Assembly (NCBI RefSeq): GCF_006345805.1
Contig: NC_043000.1
Coordinates: forward strand, 47,926,001-47,990,000
Length of the DNA: 64,000 nucleotides
Source: Octopus sinensis
Taxonomy: Eukaryota
Direction: 5' to 3'
Under the pieces are notes generated by a model. That model worked only from the letters and a program-made list of their open reading frames with translations. It was not told the DNA's origin and made no database searches. The position numbers and the translations under genes were made by a program. This document shows, piece by piece, positions 23,149 to 35,590 of the stretch (position 1 is the first letter of the stretch; the number at the start of each line of letters is the position of its first letter).

Positions 23149-23439
23149 ATAATGTTTGATATTTTACGATATTTTATATAATATATTCATTGAAGAAATA
23201 TCTCTTCAAAATATAATATATTAAAGCAGTGAATCTCGGATTAATATACCTATAAAAGGTTTTAATATCCTCATCTCATTGTGATTATATGTGTGTGTGT
23301 GTACATATACGTATACGTACATATACATATATATATGTATGTATGTATATATATATATATATATATATATGTTTGTGTGTATATGTATACATACATAGAT
23401 ATATATATGTAATATATATATGCACACACACACACATAT

Positions 23440-23760
23440 ATAATGAAGCCAGTATGCTTCACTGGATTTGCAATGTCAGTGTGCATGTTTGATAGAGAGT
23501 AAGGATCTGGAGAGAAAAGTTAGGCATAAGAGGAATCAGATGTTGTATGCAAGAGAGAGGACTGCATTGGTATGGTCATGTGATGCATATGGATGAGGAC
23601 ACCTGTATAAACAATTGCTGGTCTCTGTGAAGGGATGAGGAGCACTAAGACTCTGGAGCATAATCTTCAAATTTTGAGCCTCACAGAGGAAATGACTATT
23701 GACCGAGACCTTTGGCATTATGTAGTGCTTGAGAACATGACCCATCAAGCCAAGCAAAAT
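23440..23760 (+). mobile_element. RTE LINE post-RT fragment
   Basis: EASMLHWICNVSVH..EKLGIRGIRC..ERGLHWYGHVMHMDED. Confidence 0.75.
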
Positions 23761-23812
23761 CTTTCAGCAATCATAATTTTGATGTAACAAATTTATGAGT
23801 GCATTTCTTTCA

Positions 23813-23889
<77 letters not shown>

Positions 23890-24004
23890 GTATGTATGTC
23901 ATATATAAAAATATATGAATAGATAAATAAATATATATATATATGTATATGTATATATATATGTGTGTATGTATATATGTATGTATGTATGCATGTATGT
24001 ATGT

Positions 24005-24272
24005 ATCATCATCATCATCATCATCGTTTAACGTCCGTTTTCCGTGCTAGCACGGGTTGGATGGTTCAACCGGGGTCTGGGAAGCCAGGGGCTGCTCCAG
24101 GCTCCAGTCTGATCTGGCAGTGTTTCTACAGCTGGATGCTCTTCCTAACGCCAACCACTCCGCGAGTGTAGTGGGTGCTTTTTATGTGCCACCTGCACAG
24201 GTGCCAGAGGGGTCTGGAGTCGGCCACGATCGGTTGGTGCTTTTTATGTGCCACTGGCACAGAAGCCAGTCG
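24005..24272 (-). mobile_element. RTE 3'UTR-derived repeat
   Basis: (CAT)n-CGTTTAACGTCCGTTTTCCGTGCTAGCACGGG..; abuts the foldback satellite. Confidence 0.85.
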
Positions 24273-24275
24273 AGG

Positions 24276-26330
24276 CTTTTTCGAAACTTTTCGAAAATTT
24301 TCCGCAAAAATTAGTGGAAAATTTTTTGAAAATATTCCAACGAACTTTTTTGAAAATTTTCCCCAAAAATTTCTGAATAATTTTTCGTAAATTTTCCCCC
24401 GAAATGTTTTGAAAATTTTTTGAATATTTTCCCCAAAAATCTTTGAAAACTTATTTGAAAATTTTCCCCAAAAATTTTTTTTTAATTTTTGAAAATTTTC
24501 CCAAAACTTTTTTTTAAATACTTTGAAAATTTTCCACAAAAACTTTAAAAAACTTTTTTGATAATTTTCCCCAAAAATTTCTGAAAAATTTTTCGTAAAT
24601 TTTCCCCAAAATTTTTAATTTTTAAAAAGTTTTCCTCAAAAATTTTTTGAAATTTTTCCCTAAAAGTTTTTGAAAAATTTTTTGAAAATTTTTTAATAAT
24701 TCTCCCCAAAAATTTATAAAAAATTTTTTGATAATTTTCCCCAAAAATTATTTGAAATTTGTCCCTAAAAATTTCTGAAAACTTTTTTGAAAATTTTCCC
24801 CCAAAATTTTTGAAAAACTTTTCAAAAAATTTTTTGAAAATTTTTTGATAATACTATCCAAAAATTTTTCGTAAATGTTCCCCAGAATTTTTTTTTAATA
24901 TTTTGAAAATTTTCCTCAAAAGTTTTTAAAGACATTTTTGAAAATTTTCCCCAAAAATTTTTGAAAAATTTTTCGTAAATTTTCACCAAAAATTTTTGGA
25001 AAAGTTTTCGTAAATTTTCCCCAAAATTTTTGAAAACTTTTTGAAAATTTTCCCCCAAAATTTTTGAAAAATTTTTCGTAAATTTTCCCCAAAATTTTTG
25101 AAAGATATTTTGAAAATTTCCCCCAAATATTTCTGAATAATTTTTCGCAAATTTTCCCAAAAATTTTTGAAAAATTTTTTGAAAATTTCTGAATAATTTT
25201 TCGCAAATTTTCTCCAAAAATTTTTGAAAATTTTTTGAAAATTTTCCCCAGAAATTTTTGGAAACATTTTTGAAAATTTTCCACAAAAATTTCTGAATAA
25301 TTTTTAGTAAATTTTCTCCAAAAAAGCTTTCAAAAATTTTTGGGGAAAATTTTCAAAAAAGTTTTCAAAAATTTTTGGGAAAAATTTTCAAAAAATTTTT
25401 CAAAAATTTTTGGAGAAAATTTACGAAAAATTATTCAGAAATTTTTGGGGAAAATATTGAAAAATATTTTCAAAAACTTTTGGGGAAAATTTTCAAAATA
25501 TTTTTCAAAAACTTTTGGGGAAAAATTTTCAAAAAATTTTTCAAAAATTTTTGGTGGAAATTTTCAAAAAAGTTTTCAAAAAATTTTTGGGGGAAAATTT
25601 TCAAAAATTTTTCAAAAATTTTTGGAGAAAATTTACGAAAAATTATTCAGAAATTTTGGGGGAAAATTTTCAGAAATATTATCAAAAATTTTGGGGGAAA
25701 ATTTTCAAAATATTTTTCACAAATTTTTGGGAAAATTTACGAAAAATTTTTCAAAAATTTTTGGGGGAAATTTTCAAAAAAGTTTTCAAAAATTTTTGGG
25801 GAAAATTTTCAAAAAATTTTTCAAAAATTTTTGGAGAAAATTTACGAAAAATTATTCAGAAATTTTGGGGGAAAATTTTCAGAAATATTATCAAAAATTT
25901 TGGGGGAAAATTTTCAAAATATTTTTCAAAAGTTTTGGGGAAAATTTACGAAAAATTTTTTTTTAATTTTTGGGGAAAATTTTCAGAAAAGTTTTCAAAA
26001 GTTTTGGGGGAAAATTTTCAAAAAGTTTTTCAAAAATTTATGAAAAATTTTTCAAAAATTTTTGGAGAAAATTTACGGAAAATTATTCAGAAATTATTTT
26101 CAAAAACTTTTGGGGAAAATTTTGAAAATATTTTTCAAAAATTTTTGGGAAAATTTACGAAAAATTTTTCAAAAATTTTTGGAGAAAATTTACGAAAAGT
26201 TATTTAGAAATTTTTGTGGAAAATTTTCAAAAATGTTTTCAAAAATTTTTGGGGAAAATTTTCAAAATATTTTTCAAAAATTTTTGGGAAAATTTACGAA
26301 AACTATTTTTAAAATTTTTGGAGAAAATTT
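24276..26330. repeat. Foldback satellite: two ~1-kb inverted arms built from a ~35-bp A/T-tract monomer
   Basis: Left arm AATTTTCCCCAAAAATTTTTGAAAA.., right arm GGGGAAAATTTTCAAAAAATTTTTCAAAAATTTTT; G-runs at 25342, 25377, 25412, 25447, 25482, 25517; switch at AAAG|CTTT 25326/25327. Confidence 0.9.
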
Positions 26331-26778
26331 AGATCTCATAATGCAGGGAAATAATTTCTTAATCAAGTACCTGCACATCTGGAGAACTACGTTGCGTGCA
26401 ACCAATTGTAGTGATTAAAAAATAAATGTCCAACCGTACCCTTCTTGTTGACTCCAATTTTTTCAATATCTATTCACACACGACAGATGCCCAAACGCAA
26501 ACCTGGAAATACATATCATACAACTACTGGAAAGCACAGTTTAAATGTGAAAGTGGACGAGCGAGCTTTATACTGTATTCTACTATGTTCTTAACTGAAT
26601 ATACTATAATTATATATATACATATATAAGACGGGCTTCTTACGGTTTACGTCAACCAGATATACTCACAAGTCTTTGGTAAGCCCGAGTCTATAGCAGA
26701 AGATACTTGCCCATGGTGTCACGCAATAGTACTAAACCCAGAACCATGTGGTTGGGAATACATATATATTTATATATA

Positions 26779-27886
26779 TCTGTATATATATACGGCAAGA
26801 TGTGTGTGTGTGTGTGTGTGTGTATGTGATTGTAGTTTATGCACATCCACAAATTAACACGCATGTCGCTCAAATTTTAGGAGGACATTCGTCAACATCC
26901 TATCTGGGTTTTGTCAACTTTTTTTTTCCCGAGGCACCCGCGGATAGCGGTAAAAATCTATTTTAAGCCATAACTTTTAGCGGTAAAAATCTATTTTCAG
27001 CCATAGCTTTCTGACGGCGTCTAACAAAAAAGACAAGATAAAGAAAAGTGGAAGAGAAGCTGAGAGTTTTACGGGAAAGACAAAGTGAGAGAGGGAGAGA
27101 GAGAGAGAGTAAGTGACGACGTTCATGAAATATAAAATGTAAAATGTTTTGTCTTTTCTTAAACACGAGATATAGTTTTCAAATTCAGGATATTTTTGAA
27201 AGACACTATATTTTATAATCATAGTATATATACTTTCTCACACAACAATTACAATATATTTATTTTAAATTATTTATTTGTTTTAAATCGTTCATCTTTC
27301 TCTCCTCTCCTCTCTCACACACATTACTTTGGGTGCGAAAGAGTTTTGTTTTTATTTTACACCGAGTAAAAATGTGTTTTGTTGACAATCCATTTATTTA
27401 ACAACAAAGAAACAAAGAGGCGGGTAGCAATTTGTCAGTGAATTGCACAATATAAATGGGTGCAATTTCCAACTGTTTCACGGACCACAAAAAGGATTTT
27501 GTAGCATATTAGGATGCCAGAGTAGTTGATTCCACGCAAAAAAAACCGTTAATTATTCTTAGTGAAAATCGTGCGAGTGTTAAAATACAAATTTAACAAC
27601 ATTTTTCCATTCATTTCTGTTTATGAACATGTATGCATGCACAAAACATGCAATAGGTGTACGTACGTACATGAGTGTTCGTGTCTGTTGCCCATATATA
27701 TTTATATTATATTATATATATATAATATATATATATATAATATATATAATATATATATATATTACCAATTTCAACGGATTTTGCCCAAATTTGACGTCGA
27801 TATTACTTAGTTTGGTTTGAAATAAAGAACTTGATTAGTTTAATAATCGAAACTTAATCCCGGGCAAGGCCGGGTTCTACTGCTAG
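26779..27886 (+). mobile_element. Complete non-autonomous Helitron (~1.1 kb)
   Basis: A|TC-TGTATATATATACGGCAAGA(TG)n 5' end; 3' CCCGG-GCAAGG-CCGGG hairpin then TTCTACTG-CTAG|T; internal 33-bp tandem pair at 26945-27010. Confidence 0.8.
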
Positions 27887-28463
27887 TATATATATATATA
27901 TGGATGGATGTCTGAGTTCTCTGGACATTGGTAAAGGACATCAGTGATGGTTACAGCTGGAATGACTTTGATCATAGCTCTACTCGATCAGATCTGAAAT
28001 GAGGCTTAACAACAACAAAAACAGCCATAAAACCAAGAGAAACCTGTCTCATGGTTGGATGCTCAACCACTGAATTACATCTAGCGATGTGAGTGGGGTG
28101 TGTAGGATTTGACAAAATGTAACGTGTAACATGTCAAACAGCGGAAGAATCACTCACAGATAAAAAAGCAACAGACAACTAACCCTGGTGAGCAACAGGC
28201 ACCACCAGGTTATCTGCCAATTAAAATGCAGCGTGGTGATGCAGCGGAACTTCTGGGCTGATGACTGAGAAAGATTGAAAGAAGGGGTTATGTTTCATGA
28301 TGTACCTTTCTGGCATTCGTGGTTTTAAATTTTGATTGATTAAAATGAATAAAATGGAGAAAGAGAAAACGAGATGGAGAAACAGGATATTGATATGGAA
28401 ATGCAGAAGTGTGTGTGTGTGTGTGATATACACACATTAACATATATATTTATTATTATGCTT

Positions 28464-28536
<73 letters not shown>

Positions 28537-28549
28537 TACATACACACAC

Positions 28550-28597
<48 letters not shown>

Positions 28598-28624
28598 ATA
28601 TACACACACACACACGCATATATA

Positions 28625-29922
28625 CAGGATGCGGTGAATATATTGTTGCCTAAATTATGCAAAAATGAAAATAACACCAACATCTCATTTTAACAGATAT
28701 ATTTACCAAAATTACATAGAATTATATTGAAATTCTAAAGAGTAAATTTATTCAATAAAATCGCCATTTATTTCAGCCATGGCCTACAGATGACTTCAGA
28801 ATCTCCAGCAACTCTTCTGGATGGTATAAATTGGTGAATGCTGCCATAATACTTGTCTTCCATTCATGTTTTGTGTTACAAGGAGTTTTGTTGGTCTCCT
28901 GCTCAACTGCATCTTACACATAATAGTCAAGGGGGTTGCAGTCTCGAGAGTTAGGTGGCCAGATGTTAAGTGGTGATGTGGTCGCAGAAATTGTCTGATA
29001 GGCGTAACTGGGTTCTCCCGCTTGTGTGGCATGGTGCAGAATCTTGTTGCCAGACATAGGATCTTCCAGCAGCCATCCTCTTGACCCAGGGCAGCACTAC
29101 CTCCTCCAGGCACTTGATGTAAGCTTCCGTGTTGAGTCTGTGGCCATGTGGGAAGATGAATGGTGGAATAACATCGCCATTACTAGTGATCACACCAAAC
29201 GCTGTGATATTGACTGGATGTTTGATTTTTATCTCTCTCGGTACAGGTTTTGGGTACACAGCAAGCCAACGGTTGTTCTGTGTGTTCATCATCTGATCCT
29301 GGCAGAAATTTTTCTCATCTGAGAAAAATCAAAGCATGTTCGGTTAGATGGGATACTTGAATTTATTCAAATGCTTTGTAGTGCGGTCTTTCTTCTTGTC
29401 TTTGATGATTTGGGATAAAAATTGTCTCTTTCTCATCTTGTATGAGGAACACCAAATGTCTTCATTCACTACCTGTCTGATTAGAAACTCAGATACTCCC
29501 ATGTCCCTGGCAATGGACCTGACTGAATTGGAGGAATCATAGTCAATCATGGACTGAATCTCATCAACAAATTCAGGAGTTTTTTTCTTATCAGAATAAT
29601 CAGAGTGAGTTATCCAAGCTGCCATACCTTCGTAATTCCCATTAGACTCACCCAACTCTTTCCAAAGCTTCTGCACAGTCTTCAGATTAAAACCTAAACA
29701 CTGTGAAATGTTCATATTGGAGCTTCCTGCATGAATGCCAAGCAGTACTGCATATTGTTTTTCAAATTTCTCTCAGTGTGAACTGCATCATGGTGCTGTT
29801 GTTCTCACAGATGGTGCCCAACTTGCCCTACTTTACTGTGAAGTTGGCAAAATCAAAAACAGACAATGTGCATATGCAAAATTAAAAATATTAAATGGCA
29901 ACAATTTATCCATTGCACCCTG
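28625..29922 (-). mobile_element. Full-length decayed DD37D (maT-type) transposon
   Basis: 26-bp TIRs (21/26) at 28625-28650 and 29897-29922; TA on the left; FFSDEKNF, WQQDSAPCH, WPPNSRDCNPLD; 37 spacing after removing a 1-nt insertion near 28968. Confidence 0.9.
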
Positions 29923-29932
29923 TGTGTATATA

Positions 29933-30688
29933 CAGGGGTTGGAAAAATATTGGAAACATTTAGCATCATAGCATCATGATTTTGAAATATCTATAAAACC
30001 ATCAAAAGCTTGTTTATTTTTATGTTTTTTGATTTATTATTAGTGTTGTTTAATATATTCTGCTAAAATTGCTGTTTCTTTTCCAATATCATCAGGAAAG
30101 GTAATTAAAATTCATTAAAGTGACAAATCTCTCAGACTTGCAAAGAGGTCGAATTGTCGGTGTTCATAATGAAAACAACTGAAATGTTTGGTGTATCATG
30201 AAGTACTGTCTTGAAAGTAATGATAGCTTTTGAGAAAGAGGAAAAAACCTCCTCGTCGAAACAAAAACTCCGGAAGAAAACCAAAACTTTCAGTTTGGGA
30301 CCGTCGGATTCTTATACAACTTGTTAGAAAGGATCACAAAAGTACAGCTCCCAGAATAACTGCAGAGCTTAATGATCAGCTCAAGAGCACAGTTTCCACA
30401 AAACCAGTTCGCCAGGAGCTGCACAAAGCCAGATTTCATGAGAGTGCTGCAATCAGAAAACCACAACTTTCAAAAAACAAACATTGCAAAGCAATGATAC
30501 AAAATTGATCCCCAGAGCAGTGGAAGAATGTTATTTTCTTGGACGAGTCAACCTCTATCCTATTTCCGACCACCCGCCGAGTATACGTGTGGAGATAGCC
30601 AAAAGAAGCATTTGACCCAGACTGCCTTCTTCCAACTGTTAAACATGGAGGTGGATCTGTGATGATGTGGGGGGGGGCTATATCTTGT
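29933..30688 (+). mobile_element. 5' half of a Tc1-like transposon
   Basis: TA|CAGGGGTTGG end; LSDLQRGRIVG, SGRKPKLS..RKDHKSTAPRITAEL, WKNVIFLDES, PTVKHGGGSVMMWG; cut off by a (TA)n tract. Confidence 0.85.
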
Positions 30689-30731
30689 ATATATATATAC
30701 ACACACACACAGTCACACATACATACATACA

Positions 30732-30767
<36 letters not shown>

Positions 30768-30859
30768 TATATGTTTATAAATTTGTTTTGCAAGATTCCT
30801 GATGTGAAACTAAGTATTGAAATAGATATTGCTTTATTTCAAAATGGCCATTTTTTTGT

Positions 30860-30990
30860 CTTGCGAAATAAACACACACACTATATATTTGTTCTTCACT
30901 CTTCACTTGTTTATTATTGTTCTTATGTTATTTTATGTCTATTGTCTGGAAATCTTTCATCACACATCTGTGACCTCTTTACTGACTCTT
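30860..30990 (-). mobile_element. Possible Penelope pLTR remnant with heavily decayed hammerhead
   Basis: Minus: GTCAG-TAAAGA-G-GTCAC(AGATGT)GTGAT-GAAA-GATT-TC-CAGAC; same stem II as 14017-14060. Confidence 0.35.
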
Positions 30991-31079
30991 CCATCCCTGT
31001 GTATCCTCCTGTCCTATTTAGCCCATTCTGAACTAAAATAAAATCAATAATAAATGAGTGAGGAGTGAATATATAGTGT

Positions 31080-33800
31080 GTGCATTCTTTTGTAAAATCG
31101 TATTTTGGTGCTCTTTCTGAGTATTGATGACTTCTATATTGAGTTTAACATATCGAATGATTGGTTGGCTTTGCTGATTGTTGTATTTATTTCAGAAATG
31201 CAGTCTCCATCCATTGCTATTTGGGTGCCTAGATAGTTAAATTCGTCAACATTTGTGATTAGTATGTCATTCAAAGTCAGTCACGTGGTCAGCATTTGCT
31301 ATATTTTTACAAAGAGTGTACGTTTCCTTCTCATTGATTTTGAGACCTATGGTGTTGGCTATTTGACTGAGTCTTTCAGATTTGCTTTGTAACTGTTGTG
31401 GCATGTATGAGAACAAACAAATGTCGTCTGTGTAATCTAAATATTCTAGTTGAGTTGTGTTCCATTCTATACCTCATTTATATTCTTCAGTTGTTTCTTT
31501 TTGCATCAACCAATTTACTGCCAATGAAAATAACTTTGGTGATAACACTCATCCTTGTTCGACTCCGGTTTTGATTTCAAACAGGTCTGTCAGTTTGTTA
31601 TTGTGTATAACTTGACATTTGAAGTTTGCATACAATAAATGAATCCTCTTGACTAATTTGTATGGGAAACCATAGTGTCTAAGAATCCTCCAAAGTGTGT
31701 CTCAGTGAAGGCTATGGAAAGTTTTTTCAAAGTCAACAAACAGCATGCACAAAGATGAGATCCATTCATAGGAACTCATCATATTTGGCAAATTACAAAA
31801 ATATTGTCAGTACATGATTCTCCTTTCTTGAATCTAGCTTGCTCTTTGAGAAATAATTGGTCTACTGCTGTTGCGATGCACTATAATATGATATGGGTGA
31901 ATATTTTATTGGTGATTGATAACAGAGTGATTTCTCTCAAATTATTAGTTTGATGCATCACCTTTCTTTGGTAATTTCACAATGTGTCCTTTTTCCAGCT
32001 GTTTGGCATCTCCTTATTGATCTGGATATTTTCTAAAATTTTTCGGAAAATAATTGATAATGTTTTGACCTCTGTTTTAAGCATTTCAGCACAAACTCCA
32101 TCTAATCCTGATGATTTGACATTTTTAATTTATGGATAGATTTTACGACTTCGTTTACCATGATCTCACCAGTGTTGATTTCCAAGTCCTTATCCGCTTC
32201 TTTTATTTCAGTAAAGATTATCGGCTCTGAACAATTAAGGATATTTGGAAGTGGTTCTTCCATCATTCTAGTTTGGCATTTTCATAAGTTATTTTGATTC
32301 CATCGGCACATGGTAAAGTCAGATTGTAGTATCTCCCTTGGTCTCCACTATGCAGTCTTTTCATTATTTTGTACAGTGATCTTAAATCTTTATGTTTAAC
32401 AGCTAAATCAGCTTCTTCAGCCAATTGGTTTGTGTATCTATGTCATTCCATACAGATAACTGCCCTATCCTCATTCATACTTTCCTATATGTTTGGTTGA
32501 TGTAGAAGTGAGAAATTTCTTCTTTATTTCTTTCCTTTTTTCTATGATTTTCCATGTGTCTTCTGATATCTATTCAGATTTGGGATTTTATTCTATAACC
32601 AATAGTTTCTTTAGCTGTGTCTGTAAGGATATGGTTGAAATTGTCAATTGTAACATTCTCACTGGTTTGTAATACACTAAAACGATTCTGGAGAGTTATT
32701 TGAAATTGTTTCTTGATTGTAGGAATGGCTGTGTGGTAAGTAGCTTGCTTCCCAACCATATGGTTCCAGGTTCAGTCCCACTGCGTGGCACCTTGGGCAA
32801 GTGTCTTCTACTATAGCCTTGAGTCGACCAAAGCCTTGTGAGTGGATTTGGTAGACAGAAACTGAAAGAATCCCATTGTATATATGTATATATATGTACG
32901 TGTGTGTATATGTTTGTGTGTCTGTGTTTGTCCCCCAACATCGTTTGACAACCGATGTTGGCGTGTCTATATCCCCATAACTTAGCAGTTCGGTGAAAGA
33001 GACTGTTAGAATAAGTACTAGTCTTACAAAGAACAAGTCCTGGGGTAGATTTGCTCGACTAAAAAAGGCGGTGCTCTAGCATGGCCACAGTCAAATGACT
33101 GAAACAATTAAAAGAGTAAAGAGTAAAAGAGTATTCGATTTGGTTACATGAAGACGCTGATTCCTAGTGGTCCTTGTGCATGATTTGTTTAGTTTGAGTT
33201 TGAGTTTTGCTATGAGTACGTAGTGATCACTGCCAACATCTGCATGTTGCATCACTCATAAATCGTGTTGGGATCATCGCCATCTCCTGTTGACTATGAT
33301 GTGGTCAATTTGGTTTTTTGTTTTCCCATCAGGTGATGTCCAAGTTAATTTATGTATATTCTTGTGCTCAAAGAGAGTACCACCTATAACCAGGTTACTC
33401 GCTTCATAAATGTTTACCAGGCATTTGCCATTATTTGTGATCTAACCCATTCCATGCTGTCCCATGATTCATATTTCGTTTTCCTTGTTGCTTCCAACTC
33501 TTGCATTGAAATCTCCCATTAACAATAGCACATCATGTTTCAGTACGTTTTACAATGTTGAACGTCGTACATTGTAAAATTGATCTTTGTCCTCTTCTTC
33601 AGCGTCTTCAATGAGCGCATAAGACACTATAGTAGATAATTTTGTATAGAGTGAGCTTAATCTAATATATAGTAACCATTCATTAATTGGAGTCCATTGA
33701 AGTAATGTATTTCCATGTTCCTTTCCAATAATGAGAGTGACACCTTGCTGATGTGTGTCATCCTGTCTACCAGACCATATAATAGTGTCTACTGGACCAC
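31080..33800 (-). mobile_element. Decayed RTE LINE body (APE and RT), interrupted by a SINE
   Basis: TIIWSGRQDD, LLMGDFNARVGS, NQIDHI, DVGSDH; VDFEKTF..LWRILRHYG..GVEQG*VLSP..LDYTDD..FNYLG; many stops. Confidence 0.9.
32719..33133 (+). mobile_element. SINE family B, full length, nested in the RTE LINE
   Basis: Matches 22159-22585; LINE sequence continues on both sides. Confidence 0.9.
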
Positions 33801-33851
33801 ATAATAGAACTCATAATAGACCACATAATATATCTGGACCACATACTATAA

Positions 33852-33895
33852 CTATGCTGGTCCCAAGCCCGGATGAAAAAGGAGGAGGGTTGGGC
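33852..33895 (+). ncRNA. Twister ribozyme 3' half in an RTE 5'UTR
   Basis: CTATGCTGGTCCCAAGCCCGGATGAAAAAGGAGGAGGGTTGGGC: P4 CUGG/CCGG, L4 UCCCAAGC, T1 CCC/GGG, GGAG-G-A; the 5' substrate strand is missing. Confidence 0.75.
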
Positions 33896-34256
33896 ATCGC
33901 GTAAAAAAGTTTCACAAGCTACAGAGACGATAACAAGATTTAATGATTTAAAAATAAAACCAAAACCCTTTTCTTTGGGTGCAGGAATGATGAAGGAATT
34001 ACGAGAAGGAATGATGATTTTTATGACAATTAAATATCAAAGCTGAAAGGAAGTATCCCACTTGATGCCCAACTACCTGACCCCCAAGACCCTTTGTAGA
34101 TTTGGATGTTGGAATGTGAGAACACTCTTTCAATCGGGAAAATGCTATCACCTGGATCTACGTGGAATAACTGTAGCCAGATGGACCAATTATAGAAAGC
34201 AAAAAACCAGTTCTGGAGAAACTATTATATGGTCAAGTAGACAAGATGACACACCC
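33852..34256 (+). mobile_element. Inverted 5' end (5'UTR and APE N-terminus) of an RTE LINE
   Basis: LTPKTLCRFGCWNVRTL..ETIIWSSRQDDT, the segment that precedes the minus-strand body at 33800. Confidence 0.8.
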
Positions 34257-34284
34257 AAAATATAACAAAATACACACATATATA

Positions 34285-34317
<33 letters not shown>

Positions 34318-34859
34318 ATTTATATAGGTGCAGGAGTGGCTGTGTAGTAAGTAGCTTACTTACCAACCACATGGTTCCGGGTTCAGCTATCAAAGGAATA
34401 ACACTTAATTGTAAAACACAATTTTAAACTGATGGCAATATTTTCAACTAGTACAGGCATGATGGTGTGGTTAAGAAGCTCTCTTTGCGACCACATGGTT
34501 TTGGGTTCAGTTCTGCTGCTTGTCACCATGGGCAGGTGTATTCTAATATAGGCCTGGGCTAACTGATACTTTATGAGCGAATTTGGTAGATGGAAACTGT
34601 GGAAGTTCATCATATGTATGTAGTTCATTGAGTATGTGTTTGTCACACTTCATTTGATAAATGGCGTTGGTTTGTTTACATCCCTGTAAATTCACAGTTC
34701 AGCATAAGAGACTGATAAAGCTAGTACCAGAATGAAGAAAGTAAAAGTACCAAGACTGATTTGTTGGACTAAAATCCTTCAAGGAGGTGCCCAGGCATGG
34801 CCAAAATTCAGTGACTGAAGCAAATTAAAGATATTCACTGATTTTTACTAAAATAACGA

Positions 34860-35290
34860 TAGTGGAAATATCTGAGTGTGAGCTACACTTTGTAAATGAT
34901 AGTGTCCTTGTTGCCTGTACTCTTGAAATTCAGAGAATCATAGACAAATTCTCAGTTGTTGCAAAGAACTTTGGTCTTACAATCATGCACCAACACATAC
35001 CTAGAGCAAATGATTTAGGATTCATTATGGATGGAAATGTACTAAAAGTATTATAAGATTTTTATGTACTTAGGCAGTGTAGTGTCTGGTAAACCAATTA
35101 TAGATTTTGGTATCTACTTTAGAGTTGAAAATTCAAGTGTTGCTTTTAGTAGGCAGAAAAATCAGCTTTGGAATGTTTTAGATATTTCACTGTATACAAA
35201 GATTCAAAGGTGTAAAAAAGCAGTGATACTAAGTATATTAGTGAATGGTGCAGAATTACTGATGAGATATACTCTGGCACTGTTGGTAAT
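34860..35290 (+). mobile_element. Old RTE RT fragment
   Basis: ELHFVNDSVL..FGLTI..YLGSVVS..SVAFSR..TKIQ..AVILSIL.NGAE. Confidence 0.6.
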
Positions 35291-35344
35291 GATGACAAAG
35301 GTTCTATTTGATTCAATCAATAGAACAGCCAGCTCATATAATTA

Positions 35345-35590
35345 ACAGGCATGTGGCTGAGCACTCCACAGACACATATACCCTTAATGTAGTTCTCAGG
35401 AAGATTGAGGTTGATACAGTGTGACAAGGCTTGCCCTTTGAAATACAGGTACTATTCTTATTTGCCAGTTGATTGAACTGGAGCAATGTGAAATAAAGTG
35501 TCTTGTTCAAGGATACAATGCATCACCAGGAATTGAACTCATGATCTTGTAATTGTGTGCTGAATACCTTAACCACTAAACCACATGTCT
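35345..35590 (-). mobile_element. tRNA/CORE-like SINE family E
   Basis: Minus: TAGTGGTTAAGG..GAGTTCAATTCC..CTTGAACAAGACACTTTATTTCACATTGCTCCAG. Confidence 0.6.

Noticed and set aside
24276-26330. CRISPR-like 35-bp periodicity
   Set aside because: No unique spacers, no cas genes, eukaryotic context.
24822-26418. Lys/Phe-rich amphipathic-looking ORFs on both strands
   Set aside because: A by-product of the 35-bp A/T satellite; the same peptide appears in many frames.
28130-28255. Possible terminal exon (QRKNHSQ..APPGYLPIKMQRGDAAELLG*)
   Set aside because: Short, weak polypyrimidine tract, no recognisable homology, no partner exons.
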